Shown here one piece after another: positions 27,535-37,600 of a DNA stretch of 48,093 nt. Source of the stretch: Planctomycetota bacterium (GTDB lineage: Bacteria > Planctomycetota > UBA1135 > UBA2386); assembly GCA_947501605.1 (NCBI GenBank), contig CANMWZ010000035.1, positions 1 through 48,093 of the forward strand. The letters are read 5' to 3'. The notes under the pieces are model-generated. The model had not been told where the DNA came from. It saw only the letters and a list, made by a program, of their open reading frames with translations, and did not search any database. The stretch's first letter is position 1. Each line of letters starts with the position of its first letter. The position numbers and the translations under genes are program-made.

Positions 27535-29568
27535 ATGTTTCGTCCACTACTGCTGCATGCCCTGCCGCTCTGGCTTGCGCTGGTTGTCCCGCTGAAGGCT
27601 CAGTCCGAAGATCCGCCCTTCGTCCTGCCCACGCCTCGGGCCAGCAGCGGGGTGCGCTCGGCGGATACTGAGGCCGCGTTGGCCAAGCGCCTGTGCGAAG
27701 CGATCGACCAGGTCGATTGCACGGCGGCCGCGGCGGCCCTCGCCGCCGGCGCCAATCCCAACGTCGGCATGGGCGCCGGCGAGGACGAGACCAAGGACCG
27801 AACGCCGCTGATCCACGCCGTCCTCGCGGATTCGGCGCCGCTGATCGACCTGCTCGTTGCCCACGGTGCGCGTCTTGAAGCCGGAGACAGCAGCAACCAC
27901 ACGCCGCTGATGTATGCCGCCTTGGCCAAGCGGCTCGAGATGGCGCGCCACCTGATCAGAATCGGTGCGCGTCTCGATCCGGAAGATGCCAAGGGTGTCC
28001 GCGCGGGTACCTATGTCGAAGAGGCGCCGGAGCTGACCGAGCTGTTCGAAACCAGCTGGGATGCGAATGCGTCGTTCCTGGCTGCGCTGCAAGCCGGCGA
28101 CTTGGACGCGGCCAACGGTGCCATCGGAGACGGTGCAAGTCCCAACGCCAACGACGGCACGCTCTCGCTGCTGATGGGCGCTGTTCGAAAGGGCGACCTC
28201 GCGCTGGTCGAAACCTGTATCGCGGCCGGCTGCCGCGTCGACTTGTTCCTCGTCGCCGGCTTTGCCAGCGACACGCCGCTGGGCGTCGCGGCGCAGATCG
28301 GCTCGCTGGAGATGCTGCGTGCCATGTTGGCGAAGGGTGCTCCAGGTCGAGCCGCGCTCGACGATGCCCTTGCCAACGCCGCGGGTTGCGAGCACGGGGA
28401 CCGCAAGGAGCGCGTTCAGGCGCTGCTGACCGCCGGTGGCAATCCCGCCGTCCAGATGCTCCTCAAGACTCCAGCTCTGCCCGGTGCTGCGGCGCGCGGA
28501 GACCTTGAGACCATGGCGCTACTGCTCGCCAATGGTGCCGACCAGGAGCTCGCCGATCAGGCTCTGGTGCGCGCTGCCGGGATCGAGGATGGAGCCAAGG
28601 CAATGGCCGTGGTTCGCGCGCTGCTCGCCTGCGGTGCCGACCCGTCGTTTTCCTATCTGTACACCACCGCGCTCGGCGTGGCGGCTGCGCAAGGCCGCCT
28701 CGAGGTGGCAGCACTACTGATCGACCGCGTCGACGACGAGACCTTGAACATGGCGGTTGCGGAAGCTGCACGCGGCGCCAACGCGGCGGGCTTGAAGTGG
28801 CTCTGCGAACGCGGTGGCAAGCGGATCGACTTCGCCGTCGAATTCGGCCTCTACGACCCGCCGCTGATCGCTGCCATCTCGGGTGACTGTGTGGATTGTG
28901 TGGCGGTGCTGCTCGGCGCCGGCGCCGACGTGAACCTGCCGCCGTCGCTCTCGCATGACACGCCGCTGATCACGGCCGTGCGCCAGAGGAATCTCGCCGC
29001 GATCGGACAACTGCTCGCCGCCGGCGCAGAGCCTGCCCGCCGGTGGAGTCCCCCGTTGCGTGAGCCAGAGTCGGCCCTGTCCGTTGCTGAGGAATTGGCG
29101 GACGAAGCCGTGCTCGCGCTGGTGCGAGCGGGCGTTGCGCCCGCTTTTGCGCACGCGCGCGATCCGCTGGGCGCGAAGCTGGATGCCGCGAATCTGCAGT
29201 TCGAGGCCGTCGACGATTTCTATGTCATTCGCTTCCACGAGGCGGCGTCCGGGCGCAGTCAGATCGTCTGCCTTGGCCGTACCGTCGAGACCTTCGAGAG
29301 CCTCTCGGTTCAGGAGATCTTCTCGCTGTCGTACGACCGGCCCGAGGCGCCGAGCGCTGAGGTGCTGACCACCGTGTTCCGCAAGCGCTACCGCCTCGGA
29401 GGCTTCGTGCTCGAAGAGCCGAGCGAGGAGCAACCAAACTGGCGCATCCGGTTCCGGGTGGCAGCGGCTACGGCGATCACGAAGCAGCAGTTGGATGCCT
29501 ATCTGAACGTGGTGCGGTCCACGGCAGACGCAATGGAGAAGGAACTCGACTCGGAGGATCGACTGTGA
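27535..29568 (+). CDS. Secreted ankyrin-repeat protein with C-terminal YbjN/CesT-like domain
   Basis: Signal peptide (...VPLKAQ); many ankyrin repeats (TPLIHAV, TPLMYAA, TPLGVAA, TALGVAA, TPLITAV; LL..GAD). Confidence 0.88.
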   Translation: MFRPLLLHALPLWLALVVPLKAQSEDPPFVLPTPRASSGVRSADTEAALAKRLCEAIDQVDCTAAAAALAAGANPNVGMGAGEDETKDRTPLIHAVLADSAPLIDLLVAHGARLEAGDSSNHTPLMYAALAKRLEMARHLIRIGARLDPEDAKGVRAGTYVEEAPELTELFETSWDANASFLAALQAGDLDAANGAIGDGASPNANDGTLSLLMGAVRKGDLALVETCIAAGCRVDLFLVAGFASDTPLGVAAQIGSLEMLRAMLAKGAPGRAALDDALANAAGCEHGDRKERVQALLTAGGNPAVQMLLKTPALPGAAARGDLETMALLLANGADQELADQALVRAAGIEDGAKAMAVVRALLACGADPSFSYLYTTALGVAAAQGRLEVAALLIDRVDDETLNMAVAEAARGANAAGLKWLCERGGKRIDFAVEFGLYDPPLIAAISGDCVDCVAVLLGAGADVNLPPSLSHDTPLITAVRQRNLAAIGQLLAAGAEPARRWSPPLREPESALSVAEELADEAVLALVRAGVAPAFAHARDPLGAKLDAANLQFEAVDDFYVIRFHEAASGRSQIVCLGRTVETFESLSVQEIFSLSYDRPEAPSAEVLTTVFRKRYRLGGFVLEEPSEEQPNWRIRFRVAAATAITKQQLDAYLNVVRSTADAMEKELDSEDRL

Positions 29569-30089
29569 TTGCGACGCTGTGGATCGGTGCGCTGGCTGCC
29601 GCGCTGTGTTGCGTTCTTCAAGATCCCGCGCCGGAAGTCGAGGCTGCGAAAGCACGCCTTCGCACTGCGATGAGCGCTACGGCGATCGCCTTCGAACAAA
29701 GCGAGAGCGGCCTGTCGCTGCTGGCGAGGTTCGACCACGACGGCGACCGCAAGCAGACGGTTTGCGTGGCCTTGGCGCCAAACCAGACCAACGGACTCGT
29801 CTGCCACAACATCTACACCACCGTGTGGATCGGGGCCGCGGCGGCGCCCGACGAGGCGCTGATGCGCAGAGTCTTCGCGCAGGCGAAGAAGCTCGGCGCC
29901 TTCTACATGCTGAACGAGGGGGGCACGTGGGCCATCCGCTTTGGTCTGCAGTTCGACGCGACGGACCTGCCCGAGACGCTCTCGGCCGATCATCCGCGGG
30001 TCAAGGAGTTGCGCGACCTCGTGCGCTTCGTCGATGCCGTCGGCGAGGAGACGGATGCGTGGCTGAACGGCGCGAACGACATGAAGTGA
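29565..30089 (+). CDS. Secreted protein resembling the C-terminal domain of the upstream ankyrin protein (YbjN/CesT-like)
   Basis: GTGA overlap with the upstream stop; signal peptide; shared R.Q.VC, LG.F, W.IRF and terminal helix pattern. Confidence 0.75.
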   Translation: MIATLWIGALAAALCCVLQDPAPEVEAAKARLRTAMSATAIAFEQSESGLSLLARFDHDGDRKQTVCVALAPNQTNGLVCHNIYTTVWIGAAAAPDEALMRRVFAQAKKLGAFYMLNEGGTWAIRFGLQFDATDLPETLSADHPRVKELRDLVRFVDAVGEETDAWLNGANDMK

Positions 30090-30117
30090 GACCTGCGGTG
30101 AGAGCTGTCGGGACTTG

Positions 30118-30153
30118 CGCGAACTGACGGTCGTGCGGCCCCGTCAGCTCGCG
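30118..30153. terminator. Hairpin between convergent genes (possible bidirectional terminator)
   Basis: CGCGAACTGACGG...CCGTCAGCTCGCG inverted repeat; no clear U-tract. Confidence 0.45.
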
Positions 30154-30172
30154 ACCTCGCGACCTCACGACC

Positions 30173-31336
30173 TCACGGCAGGAAGGCCTTCACCTTCTTC
30201 AGCTTCTCCGGCAGATACTCGTCGATCACAAAGTTGAGGCCGTGCTTCGCCAGCGCCTGCTGCTCGGCGCGTTGGCCGGACTTCAGCATCATCTCGATGG
30301 CGGCCTGCCATTCCTTGTGGGCTTGGAAGAACGGGTCGTTCTTCAGCATGTCGCGCGCGCGTTTGATGTCGACGTCCTTCAGGCCGTGCGTCGGCAGGTC
30401 ATAGTCGACGATGTCCTGTGGCGTGACGCCGAGGAAGTGCGCGTGCGGAACGCAGAAGAACTGGTTCAGGTGCACGGCGTTGCCCGAGCCGACCTTCAAG
30501 GTGCGGTAGATGTTGGAGAAGGCGTAAGGATCGCAGTCGTTGAAGGCGTAGACCGGCAGCTTGTGGTCGTCGCTGAGTTTGCGCACGAAGCGTCGCGTCG
30601 CGCGCGTCGGCACACCGGCGGTGCCGATCAGGATGCAGCTCGCCGTGCGCCAGAAATTGTGCTGGCTGAGGCGTTCGAACATACCGATCGTCTCGATGAC
30701 CAGGACGAACTTGGCCTTGGTCTCGAAGCCGAGGTGTTCGACCGAGGACGGGATCGAGTAGGCGCCCGAACCAAAGCCGGTGCAGTCGATGCGCAGTGGC
30801 CGGCCTGATTCGCGGTCGCGATCGAGCACGATCAACTCGCCAGCGACCTTGCCGCCGTGCTCGTCGGCCTTGAACCGCAGATGTTCGCGCATGATCCCTT
30901 CGAGGGAGAACAGCGCTTCGATGTCATCCATCACCGCGTCGGACTCGGGCTGCTCGTCGAACTTGGCCTCGTCCCAGTTCTTCGACACGTAGTACGCTTC
31001 TCGCTTGGTGGCGAAGTCGTCGGCTTCGACTAGTTCCTTCGACAGCGACATCATCTTGAGCGTCTGCGCAAAGGACTTGACCGTGTTGACGGTCATCGTG
31101 CGTTCCACGCGCGAGCGGCCCATGACGAAGTAGCCGTCCTTCTTGTCGTAGCGCGCGTTCTTGAGCGAGCGATCCGGGAACTTGAGTTCCGGCTTGTCGA
31201 GCTTCTCCACCTTCGTGTGCACGTGCTCGGCGCACTTGGTGATCTCGCGCATCGTGACCTTGTCGAGGGGCGATAGCGCTGCGCGCGGCTTCTTGGGCTT
31301 TGGCGGAGCCGGAGTGAACTTCTTCTTGGTAGCCAT
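30173..31336 (-). CDS. top6A: DNA topoisomerase VI subunit A (Spo11 family)
   Basis: TKREAYY catalytic-Tyr motif, F.EQ.ESD...DDIE, TOPRIM VIE and DCDPY, G.PTRATR, AEQQAL. Confidence 0.95.
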   Translation of the reverse strand: MATKKKFTPAPPKPKKPRAALSPLDKVTMREITKCAEHVHTKVEKLDKPELKFPDRSLKNARYDKKDGYFVMGRSRVERTMTVNTVKSFAQTLKMMSLSKELVEADDFATKREAYYVSKNWDEAKFDEQPESDAVMDDIEALFSLEGIMREHLRFKADEHGGKVAGELIVLDRDRESGRPLRIDCTGFGSGAYSIPSSVEHLGFETKAKFVLVIETIGMFERLSQHNFWRTASCILIGTAGVPTRATRRFVRKLSDDHKLPVYAFNDCDPYAFSNIYRTLKVGSGNAVHLNQFFCVPHAHFLGVTPQDIVDYDLPTHGLKDVDIKRARDMLKNDPFFQAHKEWQAAIEMMLKSGQRAEQQALAKHGLNFVIDEYLPEKLKKVKAFLP

Positions 31337-31380
31337 GACTCAGATGCGAATGCGGTTGTGGTGGTGGGACTGCGCGGGGC

Positions 31381-33204
31381 TCACAGCTTGCGGCTCTTTT
31401 CGAGCACAGCGGTCAGGTTCTCGCGCGCCTGGTTCACTGCCTTCTCGTCGAGGCCGAGGATGTCCTTCAGCGCCACGACGACGTGGGGGATGTAGGTCTC
31501 GATGTAGTTGCGCTTCTTGAACTCGCTCGCGAGCTTCTTGCCCTTGCGGACGAAGATGCCGAGCTTGCGACCGCACTCCATCAGTGCGAGGCGCAGTTCG
31601 TCGAGGATCTCGTCGTAGCCAGCGATCGCTTCCTTGGACTCGCTGGTGAACGGCACCCACACCGACGCGATGTGCACGAACACGACCATCGGGCCGATTG
31701 GCAGCGCGCCGCGCGGTTGCTGCAGTCCGTAGTTCTTCCAGTTGGTGCCGATCACGGACTTGGTGATCGCGCACGCCGCTTGCTGGAACACCAGTGGCAC
31801 GCGGTTGGCAAACCGGATCAAGCGGATCGGCTCGTCCGCCGCGCCCATCAACTGCTCTTCGTTGGCCTTCGCCACCGCGACTTCGACGATCTTGCCGGCG
31901 TCGGTCATCTGCAGGGCGTCGCCAGGGCGGCCGTAGGCAATGCCGCACTCGACCGCGAAGGGTCGACCGCGGTAGACCACCGGTTTGCGCGACGTCGCGA
32001 CGTAGTAGTCGGCTGCGACTTCCTTCTTGAGGCCGGTGATGATCAGGTCCTCGCCGATCGGTGCGATGCACGACAGCGGCGGCGCCATGATCTTGGTGGC
32101 GTCGATCGCGGCTTTGATCTTGGCGACGCCTGCAGTGTCGAGGCGGCGCGGGTTGGTCTCCGGCTTGATGCCGGCCTTCTCGCAGATCTCCTTCGCGACG
32201 CTTGGGCCAACGCGGGAGAAGTCGCCCTGCAAGAACGCGCTCACCGTGCGGTTCTCGCTCTCGTTGACCATGCGGATCAGGATGCCGAGTTCGACGCCGT
32301 GCGGGTGCGGCTTGATCTCCTCGACTTCTTGCGGCAGGGCCTTCGTCGCGGCTACGTACTCAGTGACGTTGCCGTCCGGGTCGGTGTAGTGCAGGGAGAC
32401 GTGCGGGTTGGCCACCGCCATCAGCTTCAAGAACTCCTCGACGCTCTTCTGGCCACGGCGGTACTCGCCTTCGAGGTCGATCGAAACCTCCGTGCCGTGG
32501 TCCTTCTCCCACTCAATCACCTTGTCGATGAAATCGGGTCGGTTCTTCGCCGTGTCGATCGTGATCTCGAAGTAGAGCGGGATGCCCTTCTTGCCTGGTT
32601 TGGTGCGAACGCGCACCGGGTTACCGGTCGTGAGCAGGCCATACATGCCGGCTGCGCTGATGCCGATGCCTTGTTGGCCACGGCTCTGGCGCAGACGATG
32701 GAACTTGCTGCCGTAGAGCAGCCGACCGAACACATTCGGAACTTGGGCTTTCACGATGCCTGGACCGTTGTCCTCGACGGTCATGGTGAACTGCTTGTCA
32801 CTCGTGCCGATGCGCGAGATCTTGACCTTGATCTCGGGCAGGATGCGAGCCTCCTCGCACGCGTCGAGGCTGTTGTCGACCGCTTCCTTGACCGCGGTCA
32901 GCAGCGCCTTGCGCGGGCTGTCGAAGCCGAGCAAGTGCCGGTTCTTGGTGAAGAACTCGCTGACCGAGATCTCCCGCTGCCGCTGGCCCATCTGCTCCGC
33001 CGTCTGGCCGCGGCCCTTGCCCTCGTCGTCGGCGGCTTTGGCGGCTTTGGCGGCCTTGGCGGCTTTGGCTGGCTTGTCGGTGGTGGCCGGCGCGTCCGCG
33101 GCCTTGGCCGGCTTCGGCTTGTCCTTGCTGCTCACGGGCGCAGTCGCTGCCGGTTGTTCGGGGTCAGAGAGTTGTACTTGGGTGCGTGCCTTGGCGTCGG
33201 TCAT
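31381..33204 (-). CDS. top6B: DNA topoisomerase VI subunit B
   Basis: ISVSEFF.KNRHLLGFD, EAVDNSLDACE, EDNGPGI, QSRGQQGIGIS, KPHPHGVE, RFANRVPL, VPFTSESKEA. Start ATG 33204 with GGAGGGG SD. Confidence 0.96.
   Translation of the reverse strand: MTDAKARTQVQLSDPEQPAATAPVSSKDKPKPAKAADAPATTDKPAKAAKAAKAAKAADDEGKGRGQTAEQMGQRQREISVSEFFTKNRHLLGFDSPRKALLTAVKEAVDNSLDACEEARILPEIKVKISRIGTSDKQFTMTVEDNGPGIVKAQVPNVFGRLLYGSKFHRLRQSRGQQGIGISAAGMYGLLTTGNPVRVRTKPGKKGIPLYFEITIDTAKNRPDFIDKVIEWEKDHGTEVSIDLEGEYRRGQKSVEEFLKLMAVANPHVSLHYTDPDGNVTEYVAATKALPQEVEEIKPHPHGVELGILIRMVNESENRTVSAFLQGDFSRVGPSVAKEICEKAGIKPETNPRRLDTAGVAKIKAAIDATKIMAPPLSCIAPIGEDLIITGLKKEVAADYYVATSRKPVVYRGRPFAVECGIAYGRPGDALQMTDAGKIVEVAVAKANEEQLMGAADEPIRLIRFANRVPLVFQQAACAITKSVIGTNWKNYGLQQPRGALPIGPMVVFVHIASVWVPFTSESKEAIAGYDEILDELRLALMECGRKLGIFVRKGKKLASEFKKRNYIETYIPHVVVALKDILGLDEKAVNQARENLTAVLEKSRKL
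33031..33066 (-). repeat. 9-bp tandem repeat x4 encoding KAA in the Top6B N-terminal tail
   Basis: GGCGGC(T/C)TT units on the + strand; protein KAAKAAKAAKAA. Confidence 0.8.
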
Positions 33205-33974
33205 CAGTCCCCCTCCAGGGTGCTGCAGCAAAACGTGGGTTCGGCATCCGCCATGCCGAGACCAGCAGTGCGAGCCTCGCGCCAAAAGCGCTGTAGCCCA
33301 CGAAGATCGTCGTTGTCCAGGTCGTAGTGCACCGCGCCGAAGGTGCCGTCGCGAAATCCTGTGTGCCGGCCGCGTTCGCGGGCGGCGTGGAGCACCGGAA
33401 GAATGCGGTCCTGGTCGGCGCCCGGAGGCAACAACCAGACGGCAAACACGAACGGCAAGCCAGTGAAGGCGCGCCACTCGCGACCGAGGTCCCATACTTC
33501 GCGCTCGCCGGCCGCGGCGTTGAGTCCGTCATCGCCGATCAGCAGCACGAGGTCGTGCGGGAGTAGGTCCGGGGTGCGCGTCGGCGGCACCGAATCGAAC
33601 CGCACCGGTGCGTCGGTCTCGCCTTGTCTTGGTCCTCGCAGCACGATCTGGATCAGTGCCGCCGACGTCGCACTGCTCTGGTCCAGGGCGACGGTGCGGA
33701 TCTTGTGGCCACGGCGGCGGAAAGCGCGGACCGACCGGACTTCCTGCTTGCAGGCGATGCCGAGGTCCGAAAGCACGCGATAGCCTTCACATCGGATGGC
33801 CTCGACCGACGACACCAGCGCCGCGTCGAGTTGGCCATCCCGGAGCAGGCGGATCAGTTCGGTGGGCGGGCGCTGCACCAGCGTGCAGGCGGGGTCGCGA
33901 TCGAGCCCCGCCAGCAGCGGCATTCCTACGCCGTAGGGCACTCCACCGATGGCAACCGTCACTGGGGCGGGCAC
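33204..33974 (-). CDS. mqnA: Chorismate dehydratase (futalosine pathway)
   Basis: G.VPY...PL, P.EL..LL..G.LDAALVSSVE, GIAC...VRSV, S.TS.AL, LLIGD..L, DLG.EW...TGLPFVFAVW. Start GTG 33974 inferred. Confidence 0.88.
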   Translation of the reverse strand: MPAPVTVAIGGVPYGVGMPLLAGLDRDPACTLVQRPPTELIRLLRDGQLDAALVSSVEAIRCEGYRVLSDLGIACKQEVRSVRAFRRRGHKIRTVALDQSSATSAALIQIVLRGPRQGETDAPVRFDSVPPTRTPDLLPHDLVLLIGDDGLNAAAGEREVWDLGREWRAFTGLPFVFAVWLLPPGADQDRILPVLHAARERGRHTGFRDGTFGAVHYDLDNDDLRGLQRFWREARTAGLGMADAEPTFCCSTLEGD

Positions 33975-33991
33975 GATACCGATCACCTCGC

Positions 33992-34573
33992 ATGTCGAAA
34001 GCACAAACCACACCCAGTCCAAGACCGCGGGTCAGCCGGCGCACGATGTTCTCGCTGCTCGTGCCGCCGCTACTCGTCGCGGCCTTCTACGGCGGCAGCG
34101 GCTGGGTGCGCCGGCATGTCGATGGCCTGATTCAGGGCAGCGTCGGCGACCCGTTGCCAGCATTCGCTCTGGCGGATGCCGCCGGCGCCACTTGGACTCC
34201 CGAGCGGTTGCGGGGCAAACCGGCGGTCCTCCACTTCTTCCGCTCGCGCTGCCATTCGTGCGAGACCGAGGCCGCCGACTACCGCCAGTTCGAGACGGCG
34301 CTTGCCGACGGTCGCGCGGTTGTCTTGCACGTGTGCGTCGATCGCGTTCTCGATTTTCCGCCCGAACTGACGGCGGCAACGATCGCACAGAAGCAGTTCG
34401 TTCAGCCGGTGCTGATGGCGGACGCTGCCTTTGTCGATGCGTTCCACTCGGCGAAGTGGTCCAACGTCACGCCGGTGACGTACGTCATCGACTCCTCGTC
34501 GCGCATCCGGCTCGCGTTGCGCGGTGGCCAGACCCTGGCGCAGTTGACCGCGGCGCTCGCGTCGGTGCAGTAG
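33992..34573 (+). CDS. Membrane-anchored TlpA/redoxin-family thioredoxin-fold protein
   Basis: TM segment, GDPLPAFAL.D..G, LRGKPAVLHFFRSRCHSC, TPVTYVID. Start may be 34046. Confidence 0.8.
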   Translation: MSKAQTTPSPRPRVSRRTMFSLLVPPLLVAAFYGGSGWVRRHVDGLIQGSVGDPLPAFALADAAGATWTPERLRGKPAVLHFFRSRCHSCETEAADYRQFETALADGRAVVLHVCVDRVLDFPPELTAATIAQKQFVQPVLMADAAFVDAFHSAKWSNVTPVTYVIDSSSRIRLALRGGQTLAQLTAALASVQ

Positions 34574-34625
34574 CTGCGATCGGGTGCGCCTCCCCGGCAT
34601 TTCGGACGGTGCTACACTCTGGACC

Positions 34626-37600
34626 GTGTCGTCCCTGTCGCGCGTGCTCCTGATCCTGGCCTTCCTGGCGCTGCCGTGGCCGCTGGCTGCGTGCGGCGCG
34701 GGCATCATCTCCGGGGCGGTTGCGAGCAACGGCGGCAATGGCGGCGGCGGCGCGCCGCCAACCCTGAGTCTGCCGACGCAGGCGATGCCGCTATCACCCA
34801 TCCCGAGTGTCCTGGCTCGCACGGTAGTGATCGCCAACGCAGCGATCTCGGCCGGGGCGACGCTGCAGGTGTTGTTGCGGGTGCCTGGACCGCAAGGGCC
34901 CGATGGCCGGCCCACCTATCTGGTCACCGCGAACCAGACTGCGCCGGTCCTGCTCTCTGGCCAGGGCACATCGACAGTTGTGGGGTTTGACCTCGCCACG
35001 AGCGCCATCGTCGCCGTGACCACCGCGGCGGCTGATGTCGCCGCCCAGATCGCTGTGCTCGCCGATGGCCGCGAAGTTGCGCCGCCGCTAGCCGTCACCT
35101 TGCTGGCGCAACCACGAGTGCGCTTGCTCGACGGAGCCCCGGTGTTCGTGTCGGCGCTGGGCGGCCAGGTCGTTCGGCTGGCATGTAGCAGCTTGCGCTC
35201 GATCGCCGCCTCGGGGTTGGCAGTGTCGGTCACAACGGCGGACGCCACGGGCTTGGCGCCGACGGTGACGCGGCCGTGTCTGCGGCCGTTCTTTGCGGTG
35301 CACGACCCTGACCGCGATCCGCCGCTGCTCGCCGGTGAACGATTGGTCACGGCCGAAGTGCCTGGCAACACGTTTGTGGGCGCCGCGACGTTTCTCGTGG
35401 ATGACGCGATCGCCGGTCGCTCGGTGACGGTTGCGGGCGCGTACTACCAACCCGAGGTGCAGGTCGCGCTGCCAGCCCAGGGATCGACGCGCGGCGGCAC
35501 GAAGGTCACGTTGATTGGCCGCGCGCTCCTGCCGCTGGCCGCCGGCGTGTCGCCTGGCGAACCCGACTTCGACGCGCTCCGCGTGCAGCTACGGAAGGGG
35601 GACCGCATCGTCGACCTCGATCCCAGCGCCGTGGTGCGGGAGGGGTCGTCGCTGGATCGTCTCGTGTTCTTCACGCCGCCCTCTCCCGATGGTCGTCCAG
35701 GCGACGTCGGCATCGCGCTGCGCGTGACCATCGCGGCACCACCCAAGCCCCTGCTGACCGCCGAGGTCGTGGCTCGGGGCGTCTTCCTGTTTGCGAACCC
35801 AGAACCGGTGTTCGGACCGCGCGGTGCGCTGCTCGACCGCGATCCGATCGCGGTAGCGCCGATCTCGCTCGAAGGCGCACCGGCCAGCACGCAGGCGACG
35901 GACTTTGCAGTGCTCTACTCGATCGGCGGCGCCGCCGCCGTCCAACTGCTCGCAGCGCAAGAGAACGGCTTGTTCATCCGCTTCGGGCCGACGCGGCGAA
36001 TCGGCGACCCAGAACAGGCTGCGGACCGATCCCCGCGCGATCTGCTCAGCGGCGATTTCGACCGCGACGGCATTCCGGACTTGCTGATCCTCAACGAAGG
36101 CGCGGCGGCGGCAACGCTGCACTTGGTTCGCGGCCAGCGCGCGCCCGCCGCCCCGCTCGGTTTGGTGCAACGGTTGCCCTGCATTCCGGGCATGGTCAAA
36201 GGTCGCGTGGCCGACTTCGATGGCGACGGCGGTCCGGATGTCGTGCTTCTGCCCGGGGGCAGTGCGTCGCCGGGCCAGGGGCCAGTGCTGCTCCGTTCGC
36301 GGGTGGTCGCTGGCGAGGTCAGCTTCTTGCCGGCAGTTGCCGTGCCCGTGCGCGACTACGACTACGACGCGTTCGAGGTCGCGGACTTCGATGGCGACGG
36401 TGCCCTCGACATCGGCGTCATCGCTGGCGGTCTGCTCCAGCAAATCGACGTCGCCTATGGCGATGGTGGTGGCGGCTTCGCCGGTACAGCGCTGCTCAAT
36501 TTCACAGTGCCGCGGGCAGGCTACCAACCCAGCGCCAGGTCACCAGCCGTGGGGCTGCATGCCGTTGGCGGCTCGCCCTGTGCCTTGACCGTAGTGCTCG
36601 CAGGATTGCCGCCGTTGCCGTTCTCGACGCCGCCTGGGCCAGCCGAGAACCCGACGACGCCGCCGGTGATCCTGCTCGTGCGCCCAGCGTCAGCCCGGAT
36701 CTACCAGCAGCCGATCGCGAGCGACGTTTTGCAGCTGGTCGGCGCGATCGACCCGTTTCGCGCCAGCTTGGCGGTCAATCTCGACGGCGACGGTGCGGGG
36801 GCGGACGAACTGCTCGTTGGCTCGACCGGCGCGCTGGGTCAGTTCTCGCTCGGACTGTTCCGCTACGACGCGGCGTTGGGACTGCGGGTCGTGCGCGTTG
36901 TGGTCGACTTCCGCCCAACGCAGGTGGCGGCATTCTTCGTCGGCGTCGCCTTCCCCGCCGATCCAGTGCTGCAGCAACCGTCGCGTGCCGGTGTGTTCGT
37001 GCAGCACGAACTCAGCGTCGACGGCGAACTCGAACGGCGACTGTCGACCTTGCTGGTCTCTCGCGACGCCGCGGACCTGTTGTTGCTGTCGCCCGACGTC
37101 GTGTTTCCCGTGCCGCTCGCAGGCGTCATCGGCGGCCGCTTCTCGGAGGGCGGACTGGTCTCCGATGGTTCGGTACGCGACGTCGCAGTCCCCAGCGCGA
37201 CGCAGATCCAACTCGGCAGCAACGACGGCTTTGGCGCTTTGTCGCCAGGCCGGATGATGGTTCATCCTGGGCTCGTCCCGGAGACCGCAGCACAGGTGCC
37301 GCAGCTGCCGGGGGCAACCGACCTGATTGCCTTCGTGGACGATGGCGGTCGCGACGGCCGCAGTGATGGCATGCTGAGGATTGGCTTCTGGCAGCCCGAT
37401 CCCCAAGGTCTGTTGGTGCAGACGCCGACGCTGTTCAGTGGCGACATCCGACCCTTCCTGCCGACGTCGTTGCGGAACGCGGCCATCGATTCGTCCTCGC
37501 ACATCCTCGTGGCAGATGTGGACTCCGATGGGCGCCTCGACTTGACCGCGTTGCTGCGCTTCGTCGGTTTCGTGCGCGAAGGTGAGTCGATGCTCTTGCT

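Noticed and set aside
30151..30174. (G/A)CGACCTC x3 short tandem repeat after the top6A stop
   Set aside because: Short, intergenic and imperfect; no evidence of function.
30173..33204. top6A/B as a defence system (Wadjet JetD-like) or plasmid Topo VIII
   Set aside because: Canonical two-subunit Topo VI with transducer domain; no SMC/jet genes or mobile context.
31483..33327. 614-aa plus-strand ORF (likewise 9771-11273, 21238-22683, 25642-27240, 6759-8444)
   Set aside because: Each lies antisense to a well-supported gene and lacks recognisable motifs.
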